From: Candidatus Nanoarchaeia archaeon
GTDB lineage: Archaea; Nanobdellota; Nanobdellia; SCGC-AAA011-G17; JACPNG01
DNA length: 62,417 nucleotides
Direction: 5' to 3'
Assembly: GCA_028713535.1 (NCBI GenBank)
Contig: JAQTOC010000004.1
Location: 1 to 62,417 of the forward strand
This document shows, in pieces, positions 46,037 through 55,700 of this stretch. Position numbers and translations under genes: made by a program. Position 1 is the stretch's first letter; every line of letters starts with the position of its first letter. The notes under the pieces are model-generated. The model did no database searches. It saw only the letters and a list, made by a program, of their open reading frames with translations, and had not been told where the DNA came from.

Positions 46037-46446
46037 TAAAAACAGTAATCGAAATACTTGGGGCTCCAAAAGAACATGTAGAGGAAACACTGAAAAAAGT
46101 TGTTGAAAAACTAAAAGAAGGTTTTAAGGTAAGAAATGCAAAAACCTATGAGGCCCAGGAAACAGAACTGGAAAAACACAAGCTATGGACTGCATTCACA
46201 GAAGCAGAAATCCAGATGGAAAATATTTCTAAAATAACCGATTTCTGTTTTGATTTTATGCCTTCTTCAATAGAAATCATAGAGCCAGATGAGCTAAGGA
46301 TAAAATCACCAGAATACGCTGAATTAATAAATGAGCTGTTAGCCAGGCTGCATCAGTACGATATGATCGTTAAAAAGTTAAACGCAGAAAACATATTATT
46401 AAAAAAGCAGATTATTTCTTCTTCAAAGAAGCAGCATATTCAGTAA
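46018..46446 (+). CDS. Hypothetical cytoplasmic protein
   Basis: 142-aa ORF with ordinary composition and a coiled-coil C-terminus. No motif recognised. Confidence 0.5.
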   Translation: MEQKIIIKTVIEILGAPKEHVEETLKKVVEKLKEGFKVRNAKTYEAQETELEKHKLWTAFTEAEIQMENISKITDFCFDFMPSSIEIIEPDELRIKSPEYAELINELLARLHQYDMIVKKLNAENILLKKQIISSSKKQHIQ

Positions 46447-47635
46447 GTGTAGCTCCTTTCTTTTTCTTGTTGAATAATTTATAAACAACAAAGATAATAA
46501 CAAATAAAACTAAAGCAAGCCAAATCCAGCTCATCGCACTCATTCTTTCCTGGATAATTTCCTGCTCCTCTTCAGTCTCGTTTGTTTCATCAAAAGTTAT
46601 GAATTCCTCAGTTATGTTTCCAACATCTGAACTCTCTTCAATTGGAGCAGAGCCTTCCTCGATTGCTTCCTTATCATTAACATCTATAAAAAGATTAAAC
46701 TCGTCGCTGTATCCTTCCTTTGTACTAACCATAATATTCCCGCTGTAACTTCCAGGCTTATAATCTCCATCCTGGTTTATGTAGAAATTAAGATTAATTT
46801 TTTCATTTTCATCAATAAAACTATAACGATCTTTTTCCAGTTCAACCAAATCCTTAATAGAATTACTGACAGTAAAAACCACCTCATGCAAACTAAAATT
46901 AAACGTATTCAATACGTTCAGTGTGCCTTCATATCCTTCATCAAAGTCTATGTTGACACTAGCCTGTTTCAAGCCATCAAATCCAAAAGAACCCAAAATA
47001 ATTTCCTCATTAACGCTTTCATTGGCAGGTTCCTCTGCAATGTTATACAATGCAAAAACCGAGTAATTTCCAATTAAGATCTCATAAATACTCTTATCAA
47101 ATTTGCTTCCATAAACATAAAAAGTCCTTGTCTCAGAAAAAGGTATTTCCAAACCAGTCTTTGATGAACTTAAATCCCCGCTGTAAATATCAAAACTAGA
47201 AGTATTAGCATTATTGTTCTTGACATAAATCTTATTGTATTTTTCCAATCCTAATTTAAAAACCCCGGGTTTATAGCTTATCCCATAACAATCATCAATA
47301 TTAAATAGCAATGAACTCTCAACAAGCTCTGTTCTAGTTCCAGTAGCATAAGGTAATTTTAATTTCAATTTGCATTCTTTATTTAGATTAGGTAAGTCAA
47401 AATAAACAAAATAATTATTTCCTTTGACTAAAAAAGGGGAAATCTCAATGTTCTCTCCGCAATTCAAAGAAAAATCTTTTGGTAAAATCTCCCTGTCAGG
47501 TACATTTATTAATTTAATCTCAGCTATGAACGTATCCTTCTTGCAATAGTTTTCCCTAAAATCATCGATTGTAAACTGCGCAAAAGAAAAACCACTAAAT
47601 AAGATTATAAATAAAATAATTAAAAACAGTTTCAT
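46412..47635 (-). CDS. Secreted beta-rich surface protein with acidic stalk and C-terminal TM anchor
   Basis: Signal peptide MKLFLIILFIILFSGFSFAQ, an acidic E-rich linker, then the anchor WIWLALVLFVIIFVVYKLF followed by KKKK. Confidence 0.6.
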   Translation of the reverse strand: MKLFLIILFIILFSGFSFAQFTIDDFRENYCKKDTFIAEIKLINVPDREILPKDFSLNCGENIEISPFLVKGNNYFVYFDLPNLNKECKLKLKLPYATGTRTELVESSLLFNIDDCYGISYKPGVFKLGLEKYNKIYVKNNNANTSSFDIYSGDLSSSKTGLEIPFSETRTFYVYGSKFDKSIYEILIGNYSVFALYNIAEEPANESVNEEIILGSFGFDGLKQASVNIDFDEGYEGTLNVLNTFNFSLHEVVFTVSNSIKDLVELEKDRYSFIDENEKINLNFYINQDGDYKPGSYSGNIMVSTKEGYSDEFNLFIDVNDKEAIEEGSAPIEESSDVGNITEEFITFDETNETEEEQEIIQERMSAMSWIWLALVLFVIIFVVYKLFNKKKKGATLTEYAASLKKK

Positions 47636-47638
47636 GAC

Positions 47639-49423
47639 TCACTTCTTTCCTCCAATAAGCTTCTGGGCCTCTTCAAGGGATTTTTCAAGTTCTTTGTCCA
47701 GTGCAGATTTCCTGTCATAAAACATTCTGTCTTCTTCATCCTCTTTTGGAGCATGGAATGCAGGATGGTTTTTCCCCTCAAGAATAGGTTTATTATCAAC
47801 AACTTTCTTCTTTTTGGCAAACAACGAACCAAACAAACCCGGCTTCTTTTCTTTTCCTGTTTTTTCTTTCTTCTCAGATTTCTTGTAAAATTTAGTATAA
47901 TAAATGTAGATTCCCCCAGCAAGGATTAAGATAAATATTATAATCCACCAAGGGAATCCACCACCTTCTTCTTCCCCAGCGATAGGAGTAGTATCTTCTT
48001 CAGTTTCTTCCTCTGTTTCTTCAGTTTCACAATCCTCAGAGCATGTTGATGAATCTTCATCAAAGTCACAGATTCCATCCCCGCATACAGACTCAGAGGT
48101 TTCTTCCTCTTCTTCATTATATTCTTTGGCCTCGCAATCATCATCGTCATCATCAATCAAGCCATCGCAGTCATTATCCAATTTGTCAGAGCAACTGCTT
48201 TCAGAACTTTCATAATTCTTAACAGCATCATAATCACATCCGCTCCATGCACCATCTGTGCATGTTTCAGTAATCTTGGTGTTTACACAAACCCCTTTGG
48301 TTGAGCAGCTTCTTATGCTTCCCTCAACGCATCCAAACCCGCCTTCTTCAGCCAAACTGATTGCATAAACAGCCAATCCAGTTTCATAAACGCTTCCAAA
48401 GCTTCCATCGCTTTTTTGTTTTCCAGACAGCCAGTCCATTGCTTCCTGGAAGCTTTCATCCTGGTTATTAGCTAAAGCCATTACAGCAAAAGCAGTATCC
48501 TCTATATTTCCGTTAAAGCTTCCATCTGATTTCTGTTGTGCTTTTAAATCTTCAAAATAAGTCAAATCCCCGTCTACTAATGCCAAAACAGCTGAATCCA
48601 TTTCATTCGTCTTAGAATATCCTGAATAAAGATAAAACAATGTTAAATCCGGGTTTCCAATATTCTTTAAAACCCAGTTGGCATACAGACTTGTTGAATA
48701 ATCACAAGTAGACTTTGATGAAGTTCCATAGCATGTATTTCTCACAGTCAACTCAGCCTCACTTGTAAATTGATCATCAAACAAATAATAATTATCTCCA
48801 GACTGGAATATTGTTGAAATTATTGGAGTTCCTCCAAGTTCAGAGCAGTCAACATTCAAAGTTAATTTTCCCTTTCCAAGCAAACCAGAAACAATGCAAT
48901 TCCCAATGTCAAGCCATCGCTTGTTGCTGCATCCTGGAAATTTTCCATCCTTTATTTCAAACTCCTTGTTGCCAGATCTGTTTCCTACAGTGTACTTCAC
49001 GGTGCAGTTTCCAGATCCTTCTGTAGCAATTTGGAGCCACCATGTTCCAATTCCTGTAGAAGATGTACTCTGGGCATCAACAAGCCAGTTAAGTTCCTCG
49101 TCTATATCCCTCCCAGAACTTTCCAATGCCAAGATTGAAAATGCAGTATCCTTTATTTTACATGAATTTTTTGGCCAGCATCCATCCCCATCCTCTTTTG
49201 ATTTTATATAAGTAATTGTTTGTTCAAATTCAGTATCATACCCCAGGGATTTCAGTGCCAATCCAGCAACCGAAGAATCAACAATATCGCTGTTAAAGTT
49301 CCCATTGTTTGACTTGTCTATAAGATAAGTTCCTGCTTTTGTAGAATCATAGCTGGCAAAAGAAAAAGGAATGCACATCAATAAAATTAAAACTCCTAAA
49401 AAAAACAGCTTCTTTGTTCTCAT
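47639..49423 (-). CDS. Surface protein with prenyltransferase/terpene-cyclase-like alpha-alpha repeats, Cys/Asp-rich modules and C-terminal TM anchor
   Basis: Repeats DGCWPKNSCKIKDTAFSILAL, SDGSFNGNIEDTAFAVMALA and SDGSFGSVYETGLAVYAISL. CSDKLDNDCDGLIDDDDDDC and CGDGICDFDEDSSTCSEDC modules. TM WWIIIFILILAGGIYIYY, then a Lys-rich tail. Confidence 0.6.
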   Translation of the reverse strand: MRTKKLFFLGVLILLMCIPFSFASYDSTKAGTYLIDKSNNGNFNSDIVDSSVAGLALKSLGYDTEFEQTITYIKSKEDGDGCWPKNSCKIKDTAFSILALESSGRDIDEELNWLVDAQSTSSTGIGTWWLQIATEGSGNCTVKYTVGNRSGNKEFEIKDGKFPGCSNKRWLDIGNCIVSGLLGKGKLTLNVDCSELGGTPIISTIFQSGDNYYLFDDQFTSEAELTVRNTCYGTSSKSTCDYSTSLYANWVLKNIGNPDLTLFYLYSGYSKTNEMDSAVLALVDGDLTYFEDLKAQQKSDGSFNGNIEDTAFAVMALANNQDESFQEAMDWLSGKQKSDGSFGSVYETGLAVYAISLAEEGGFGCVEGSIRSCSTKGVCVNTKITETCTDGAWSGCDYDAVKNYESSESSCSDKLDNDCDGLIDDDDDDCEAKEYNEEEEETSESVCGDGICDFDEDSSTCSEDCETEETEEETEEDTTPIAGEEEGGGFPWWIIIFILILAGGIYIYYTKFYKKSEKKEKTGKEKKPGLFGSLFAKKKKVVDNKPILEGKNHPAFHAPKEDEEDRMFYDRKSALDKELEKSLEEAQKLIGGKK

Positions 49424-49488
49424 CTTGCCTCTTTTATCAAAACAGATAGAGCAGAAAGTATTTAAAAATGTTTCTGTAACCTATAAGC

Positions 49489-50088
49489 ATGTTAAACAAA
49501 ATTAAGAGCAAAAAACCATTCTCAAAAGGAAAGCGTTCAGTGATTTATATTGGTTATTTAAAAAATAAAAAAATAGCAATAAAAAAATTAAACAAACGAA
49601 AAGATATAAAACACATAATAAACAACGAAGCAAATTACCTTAAGATTCTGAACAAACAGAATATTGGCCCTAGTTTGATATACTCAACTAAAACCTATAT
49701 GGTATATGAATTCATAGAAGGAATCAGGATAGAAACATTTCTTGAAAAAGAAACCGGGGAAAAAATAAAAAACGTTATCAAAAAAGTTTTGGACCAGTGT
49801 TATATCCTGGATAGGTTAGGCATAAACAAGCTTGAGATGAATAATCCATACAAACATATTCTCATTAATAAAAATAAAGTCAAGATGATAGACTTTGAAA
49901 GATGCTACCAAACAGAAAAACCAAAGAACCTAACCCAGTTTATTAGTTACCTGACTTCAAAGAGGATTTCTGGAATGCTAAAAGACAAAAAAATAAGAAT
50001 AAACACTAAAAAACTAATTAGCTTATGTAAAAAATACAAAAAAGATTATTCAAAAATAAGCTTTAATAAAATAAAAGATTTATGGTAA
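49489..50088 (+). CDS. Small protein-kinase-like fold protein (Bud32/RIO-like, degenerate catalytic loop)
   Basis: Gly-rich loop FSKGKRSVIYIG, KIAIKK (beta-3 Lys) and MIDFERC (DFG-like). The catalytic-loop Asp is not evident. Confidence 0.4.
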   Translation: MLNKIKSKKPFSKGKRSVIYIGYLKNKKIAIKKLNKRKDIKHIINNEANYLKILNKQNIGPSLIYSTKTYMVYEFIEGIRIETFLEKETGEKIKNVIKKVLDQCYILDRLGINKLEMNNPYKHILINKNKVKMIDFERCYQTEKPKNLTQFISYLTSKRISGMLKDKKIRINTKKLISLCKKYKKDYSKISFNKIKDLW

Positions 50089-51012
50089 AGTCCTGAACTT
50101 TGTGTTCATTAATGCCCATTCAAAGAACAACAAGATCAATGCTATTGCCATTAATATTGGGTCCAAATCCAGGCCAATTCTTTCCCTGTTTGCCTTGGAA
50201 ATCTCAGAATATGCCTCTGCCAATCCTTCCTTGTCCTCTACTCTGTAATACTTCCCGCCAGTATTCTCAGCAATGGTAGTTAATTCAGGATCATTAATCT
50301 TAGAAAGGATTTCCAGTCCAAGTATTTTTCCTCCTTCCTCGCTTGCAACTCCGATTGGGTACACTATAACCTCATTTTCAACTGCATAAGTTATTGCATC
50401 TTTTACATCAACTCCGACATTGCTCTGCCCATCTGTCAGCAAAACAATAACCTTGCTTTTCTCTTCGCTTCTAAGCATATTGACAGCAGTTATGATTGCT
50501 TCCCCCAAGTCAGTTCCACCAACATCACTGATTCCAATCTCTTTTATGGTTTCTTTTACATCTCCAAGATTGTTTGTCATGTCCAACTGGACAAAACTGC
50601 TTCCTGAAAATGACAAAACCCCAACTCTTGTGTCAGAAGTCAATCCGTCTATGAAATCAATCGCTTCTGTCTTCGAAGCCTCTAACCTATTTGGAGTAAA
50701 ATCATCAGCAGTCATGCTTGATGAAGCATCAATCGCAACAACAAAACTAAAGTCATTGCTGTCTCCAAGATAATAAAGCGTTGTCTGCGCCAATGAAAAT
50801 GAAAAGAATATCAGGACTATCGCCCTTAAAAAAACCAAGATTGTGTTGCTTGTCAATAATGGCTTTCCAGTAACCCTTGAGATTGCATCAAAGTTAGCAA
50901 ACTTCAATGCTTTTCTCTTAACTGTTTTCAGAGTAAAAAAATGTACGACTATCAAGATTGCCACACTAAGCAAAAACCATAAGTACATTGGCCTTGAAAA
51001 AACTACTTCCAT
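50080..51012 (-). CDS. VWA-domain membrane protein (BatA-like)
   Basis: Two N-terminal TM helices, MIDAS motif VVAIDASSSM, and a C-terminal TM. Confidence 0.8.
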   Translation of the reverse strand: MEVVFSRPMYLWFLLSVAILIVVHFFTLKTVKRKALKFANFDAISRVTGKPLLTSNTILVFLRAIVLIFFSFSLAQTTLYYLGDSNDFSFVVAIDASSSMTADDFTPNRLEASKTEAIDFIDGLTSDTRVGVLSFSGSSFVQLDMTNNLGDVKETIKEIGISDVGGTDLGEAIITAVNMLRSEEKSKVIVLLTDGQSNVGVDVKDAITYAVENEVIVYPIGVASEEGGKILGLEILSKINDPELTTIAENTGGKYYRVEDKEGLAEAYSEISKANRERIGLDLDPILMAIALILLFFEWALMNTKFRTLP

Positions 51013-51908
51013 CTTGCTTTTCTTCTCCTGAACATTGCAATAACCGGCTCAACAAAAGATTCATTCGTCTTTAAAAAAAGATAGTCTATTCCAAGAACAT
51101 CCAGCTTGGATTTTAATAATTCTTCCTGTTGTTTTGTATAAGTTGAATATCTTTCTCTTATTTCAGCCGGACTAACAACCAGTTGCTCTCCTGTCTTGGG
51201 ATCTTCAACAACAACTTGGTAGGATTTTTCAGGCATCTCATAATCCCTTGGGTCTCTCACAGATACAAAAACCAGGTCATATTTTTGGGAAGCCATTTTC
51301 AATGGAGCATCCCATCCAGCATCCAGGTCCAAAAAATCAGAAACAACAAAAATTATGCTCCTTTTTTTAAGAAATTTTGACAAAAAATTCATAGCATCTG
51401 CAAAATTAAAACTTCCTCCATAAAAATTAGGGTTAACCAAAGCCTTGGTTATTGCATAAAACTGGTCTTTTTTTCTTGAAGGGGTAATTTTTTCAACAAG
51501 GTTATTTGCATACAATGCCATCCCTGCTTTATCCCCACTGGTTAAAATAACATGAACAAAACTTGCAACCAGCTCAGCAGCATACTCGTTCTTTAGTTTG
51601 TCTATGCTCCCAAAGACCATATTGTCGCTTACATCAACAAGAAAAAACACTTCAAGGTTTCTCTCCTCAGAATACTGCTTGACTAAAAGTGAATCCGATC
51701 TTAAACTCGCTTTCCAGTCAATCTTTGAAGCATCATCATCCTGGTTGTAAAGTCTGTAATCTTCAAACTCCAGGCCAACTCCTTTGAAAAAACTTCTGTA
51801 ACCTCCCATAATCTCAGTGCTGACCGTCATCCTTGTTACAATTTCTAGTTTTTTTATTAACGGAGTTAAATCAACCTTTAACTCACGCCTTATTTTTTCT
51901 TCAGTCAT
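51003..51908 (-). CDS. DUF58-family protein
   Basis: GGYRSFFKGVGLEFEDYRLYNQDDDASKIDWKASLRSDSLLVKQY is the DUF58 signature. It sits between the MoxR and VWA genes, as usual for this family. Confidence 0.75.
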   Translation of the reverse strand: MTEEKIRRELKVDLTPLIKKLEIVTRMTVSTEIMGGYRSFFKGVGLEFEDYRLYNQDDDASKIDWKASLRSDSLLVKQYSEERNLEVFFLVDVSDNMVFGSIDKLKNEYAAELVASFVHVILTSGDKAGMALYANNLVEKITPSRKKDQFYAITKALVNPNFYGGSFNFADAMNFLSKFLKKRSIIFVVSDFLDLDAGWDAPLKMASQKYDLVFVSVRDPRDYEMPEKSYQVVVEDPKTGEQLVVSPAEIRERYSTYTKQQEELLKSKLDVLGIDYLFLKTNESFVEPVIAMFRRRKARWK

Positions 51909-52933
51909 GGTATTGGTACCTTAGAAAGAATCTCCTCGATAATCTGGTCTGTGGTTATGTTTTCAGCCTGTCCCTCATAATTTAATAATATTCTGTGCCT
52001 TAAAACAGGCTTGACAATATCCTTGATGTGTTGCGGTGTGACAAAACTATTTCCTTTTAATAATGCCTGTGCCTTTGCTGCAATAAACAATCCGATTGAT
52101 GCTCTTGGTGAAGCACCGTAAGCTATGTATCTTCCTGTCTTGAACTTGTCGCTTTTTCTTGTTGCGCCTACAAGCCTTATGATATATTCTTCAAGCTCAG
52201 GGCTCAGGTAAATATTTTTAATAAAATCCTGGATTTCAATTATCTTTTTCGGATTAAGAACAGGCTTGACATCAAATGATTCAAAAGAATTTATTGTGAT
52301 GTTTTGTTTTAATATCTTCTTCTCTTCATCTGCTGTTGGAAGATCCATGTTTAGCTTGAACAAGAATCTGTCTATCTGGGCTTCTGGCAAGGGGTAAACT
52401 CCCTCTGACTCCAATGGGTTCATTGTAGCCATTACAAAAAATGGCAAAGGGACTTTATACGTGACTTTATTTATTGTAACCTGTTTCTCCTGCATTGACT
52501 CAAGCAAGGCAGACTGGGTTTTTGGAGAGCTTCTGTTTATTTCATCAGCAAGGATAAAATTACTGAATATCGGGCCCTTTTCAGTTCTGAATTCTCTTTT
52601 TACAGGATCATAAGATGTAATTCCGATTATGTCTGTTGGCAACAAGTCAATCGTAAACTGGATTCTTTTGAAATCACAGCCAGTTGCCTTTGCCAGTGTT
52701 CTGATTAACAAAGTCTTTGCAACTCCAGGTACACCCTCAACAAGCGCATGTCCATTCGCTACTAAGCACCTCAGCATGGAATTAACAACTTCATCCTGCC
52801 CGACAATGACTTTTGCTATCTCTTTTCTTACCTCATCAAATAATTTGGCATATTCCTTGCTTTTAAGATCCCAGGTTTCCTTTCTGATTCCGTTGACTTT
52901 AGAACTCTTAAATAAAAACCTCTTTTTATGCAT
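51905..52933 (-). CDS. moxR: MoxR-family AAA+ ATPase
   Basis: Walker A EGVPGVAKT, Walker B ILADEINR, and MoxR-typical length and C-terminal domain. Confidence 0.9.
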   Translation of the reverse strand: MHKKRFLFKSSKVNGIRKETWDLKSKEYAKLFDEVRKEIAKVIVGQDEVVNSMLRCLVANGHALVEGVPGVAKTLLIRTLAKATGCDFKRIQFTIDLLPTDIIGITSYDPVKREFRTEKGPIFSNFILADEINRSSPKTQSALLESMQEKQVTINKVTYKVPLPFFVMATMNPLESEGVYPLPEAQIDRFLFKLNMDLPTADEEKKILKQNITINSFESFDVKPVLNPKKIIEIQDFIKNIYLSPELEEYIIRLVGATRKSDKFKTGRYIAYGASPRASIGLFIAAKAQALLKGNSFVTPQHIKDIVKPVLRHRILLNYEGQAENITTDQIIEEILSKVPIP

Positions 52934-52968
52934 ATAAAAATTTAGAAGAATTCAATTTATATAATTTA

Positions 52969-54198
52969 CTATATAATAACTTTCTTCCTTAGCCACTCAA
53001 TTTCCTCTTCCTCAAGTCCAATTTCTCCAAAATCAAATCCTCTTGAAATAATTGAATAATAAGGAATCTCTGTTAAGGCTCTCCATGCAGAAATATGAGA
53101 ATGCGTTGCAACCTTGTCTGCAACCCCCCACCTTCTCCTGTTTACAAGGCTCCAAAGCTTAAAGTTATTTTTTGGGCTTCTTTTTGTCGAATGATATTTT
53201 ACATTTGCAATATTTCGATTATCCTTGACCAATGAGATGCATGAATACAAGTCTCTTACATAAACTAGGTATCTCCAGTGCTGGTTCCTGATGATTCTCC
53301 CTCTGAAAACATCTGCTCTGCTCATTAAGTCAAATGCTTCATTAATATTATCATACTCTCTTGGAATATTTTCCTCAAGATAATAGCTTAGGCAGTTTTC
53401 ATTCCCAAAAACAACAGAGCTTATGCTTGGCTTGGTCATGTCAATCAAAGGTATATTTAATCTGTCAATGTCTTCCTGTATTAATTTTAATTCTTTTGTC
53501 TTGAATATCTTGACAAGCAGATTATAAATCTCTTCCTGATGATATCTTACATCTAAGTTGTTAACCTCGCTGGTTTTTAATTCCTTATCATTCTCGGTTA
53601 AAGTTTGTAAATCTATAATTGCAGCCCTTAAATCTCCTCCTGCAAGCCTTGACAAACTTCTTAAATCATTTTCATTGTATTTTATTTTTTCCTTGTGGCA
53701 AATCTCTTTTAAAAATTCAAATATATCTAATAAGGGAATTGGTTTAAATTCAAAATACTCGACAACGTTCTTAAGGCAGCTCATTTTTTCCAGGTCAACA
53801 TCATTAGCAGTCATCAGGATAGGAAACCTGCTTTCTTTTATTAATTCAGAAACAGCTTTTAATCCACCCCTATCTCCGGAAGAAAATGCATCAACATCAT
53901 CAATCAGAATTAATTTTTTATTTCCAAATAAAGAACCCTGATTTAATGTATTTCCCAAGACAGAAACAATTTCTTCCTTGCCTCTGTTATCAGAAGAATT
54001 AATTTCTCTTAGCTCATAGCCAAGTTCTTTTGCAAGTACATTTGCAATTAATGTTTTTCCTGTTCCTGTTGGCCCATGGATAAGAATCGCCTTGTGTTTT
54101 TCTCTGTTATAATTTAACACAAAACTGCATATCCTTTCAACATCCTGGCCCCTGATTTGTTTTACTGCAGAAGGCCGATATTTTTCTGTCCATAGCAT
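52969..54198 (-). CDS. rfcL: Replication factor C large subunit
   Basis: MLWTEKYRP, HGPTGTGKT, LILIDDVD, and a C-terminal extension typical of RFC-L. Confidence 0.85.
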   Translation of the reverse strand: MLWTEKYRPSAVKQIRGQDVERICSFVLNYNREKHKAILIHGPTGTGKTLIANVLAKELGYELREINSSDNRGKEEIVSVLGNTLNQGSLFGNKKLILIDDVDAFSSGDRGGLKAVSELIKESRFPILMTANDVDLEKMSCLKNVVEYFEFKPIPLLDIFEFLKEICHKEKIKYNENDLRSLSRLAGGDLRAAIIDLQTLTENDKELKTSEVNNLDVRYHQEEIYNLLVKIFKTKELKLIQEDIDRLNIPLIDMTKPSISSVVFGNENCLSYYLEENIPREYDNINEAFDLMSRADVFRGRIIRNQHWRYLVYVRDLYSCISLVKDNRNIANVKYHSTKRSPKNNFKLWSLVNRRRWGVADKVATHSHISAWRALTEIPYYSIISRGFDFGEIGLEEEEIEWLRKKVII

Positions 54199-54770
54199 TT
54201 TCCTAAGAAACTAAGAACATCACTATTAAAGCTTTTATATACTTTATTTGCCTCTTTCCAGACATAATCCAGTTCATCAGAATGCCTGTCCATCTCAAGA
54301 ACCTTCTTCATGAACTTGTCTCCATAAATGCTTTCTATGACTTTTCTTTCAACAAGCAATAACGGGAAATGAGCCCTGAAAACCATATCCTGCCCTGGAA
54401 ACATTTCATTGAGAAGCCTAAGCATCTTTTCACCCTTGTTTTTGTTCTGGACAAATAGAACATGTATTAGCTCATGGATTAAAATTGCCTTTGACTTGTC
54501 AAAATCATCTTCTTTTTTTATTGTCATTGGATGAGATAAAGCAGTGTAAAACATGTCCTTGACCAAGTAGCAGTCAGCATCGCCTTTAAATCTCATTCCA
54601 GCTATTTTTTCAATTTGGTTTATGATACTGTTTTGTTCTTTTTTCCAGAACTCTTCAACATCATGGAGATAACCCCTCATCTCAAGGATCTGCTCATCAC
54701 AAAATCTCTCGCCAAGAACTAACGTTAACATTCTGTCATAGTCAAAAGCATAGACAAAATTTATTTTCAT
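54162..54770 (-). CDS. Putative zinc metallopeptidase-like protein (HExxH)
   Basis: ILIHELIHVLF carries an HExxH motif. ATG 54770 is preferred over the GTG at 54791, because the TATA-like TTTATATAAAT lies immediately upstream. Overlaps the rfcL start by 37 nt. Confidence 0.45.
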   Translation of the reverse strand: MKINFVYAFDYDRMLTLVLGERFCDEQILEMRGYLHDVEEFWKKEQNSIINQIEKIAGMRFKGDADCYLVKDMFYTALSHPMTIKKEDDFDKSKAILIHELIHVLFVQNKNKGEKMLRLLNEMFPGQDMVFRAHFPLLLVERKVIESIYGDKFMKKVLEMDRHSDELDYVWKEANKVYKSFNSDVLSFLGKCYGQKNIGLLQ

Positions 54771-54840
54771 ACCTACCTTAGGTAAATCCACATTTATATA
54801 AATTTAGGTTTTATCAGATAGATACATCCATATACTATAT

Positions 54841-54884
54841 TAATTAAAAAGAATGCCCCTCCTTCACAAGAAGGAAAGGGCATT
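54841..54884 (-). terminator. Intrinsic-type terminator on the minus strand
   Basis: AATGCCC..CCTTC / GAAGG..GGGCATT hairpin (54852-54884) followed on the minus strand by CUUUUUAAUU (54841-54851). Confidence 0.5.
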
Positions 54885-54897
54885 GCAAATCGAAAAC

Positions 54898-55146
54898 TTA
54901 ACTCCCGCCGCAACCGTGCCGCATTTTATCCCATCCATTCGGACCTTCATTCATCCCATGGATAAGAATATCTGCCTCAAGCATATCATGAAGCCCTGGG
55001 CTCAATACTAGCGGAGTTACAAACTTCTTCAAAAAAAACGGCAAGATCCTCAAGAAACGTTCCAACACTTTACACCTCTCAGGTTTATTCACTTTCTCCT
55101 CCAGAAAAAAATCCGGAAAGGAGAATACAACTAGAAACAACAACAT
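54898..55146 (-). CDS. Doubtful small ORF (82 aa from the first ATG)
   Basis: The track ORF starts at TTG 55230; the first ATG is at 55146. One hydrophobic segment, no recognisable motif, no Shine-Dalgarno. The G+C-rich 3' part contains long hairpins, so it may be non-coding. Confidence 0.25.
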   Translation of the reverse strand: MLLFLVVFSFPDFFLEEKVNKPERCKVLERFLRILPFFLKKFVTPLVLSPGLHDMLEADILIHGMNEGPNGWDKMRHGCGGS

Positions 55147-55230
55147 ACAAAGTAGATTTACAAAGTAAGAGTTTACTCCATTCTTCTTGTTTAAATAATT
55201 AACTATTATACATGTACATATAAAAAACAA

Positions 55231-55700
55231 AATAAAAAACCTGCATTTTATTATAAAAAAGCAGGTGTGCTATTGTTTATAGCTTTAGGAAGCTAAGAGA
55301 CGGAAGAGGGGGGACAATATCCGTACAATACACACACCTGCCGCCGGAGCATTCTGTAGAGGATAATAATAAATAAACGTCCGGCATTGTTTGGGGGGAC
55401 GTAGCCAAAAAAGAGAAGGAGTAAAATTGCGCCTGGTACCCATAGGTTGTATATTAATCTTGAATACTCGGGGTACCAGGGTTAAGCATACTGATAATCT
55501 CGAGCAGGTTTAAACGACGCCCAGAAGAAATCATCTAACCTTAATATCCTTGGACCCTGCCTTGGGGGTAATCTTGACTAAAAAGTAGGATGCCTCACCC
55601 CACCAAATCTAAACCAAAAATAAAAGGGACTAGATAATTCTGGCTCTTCCGGGTTTTCCTAACTCTCCCTGATTAAGAGAGAGAAAAGAAATAAAAGAAC
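55231..55700 (-). ncRNA. Unassigned structured RNA (weak RNase P RNA-like motifs)
   Basis: ORF-free and G+C-enriched. Helices 55261-55269/55333-55341 (enclosing 55271-55276/55325-55330 and two hairpins) and 55432-55441/55471-55480. On the minus strand: AGGAAAACCCGG (55649-55660) after a hairpin, and ACAGAAUGCUCCGG (55344-55357) about 300 nt downstream. Ends with hairpins followed by U-tracts (55231-55260). Confidence 0.35.

Noticed and set aside
47632-48156. Lys/Arg-rich minus-strand ORFs 47632..47922 and 47938..48156
   Set aside because: They are alternative frames of the acidic and Lys-rich tail region of 47639..49423. The low-complexity translations are artefacts of GAA/AAG repeats.
54934-54946. 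SRP-RNA helix-8-like word AGGUCCGAAUGGA on the minus strand
   Set aside because: It shares AGG-UCC-tetraloop-GGA with the SRP54-binding hairpin. It lacks the conserved AGCA strand and flanking pairings, and no 5'/3' helix-5 pairing could be found over the ~300-nt candidate.
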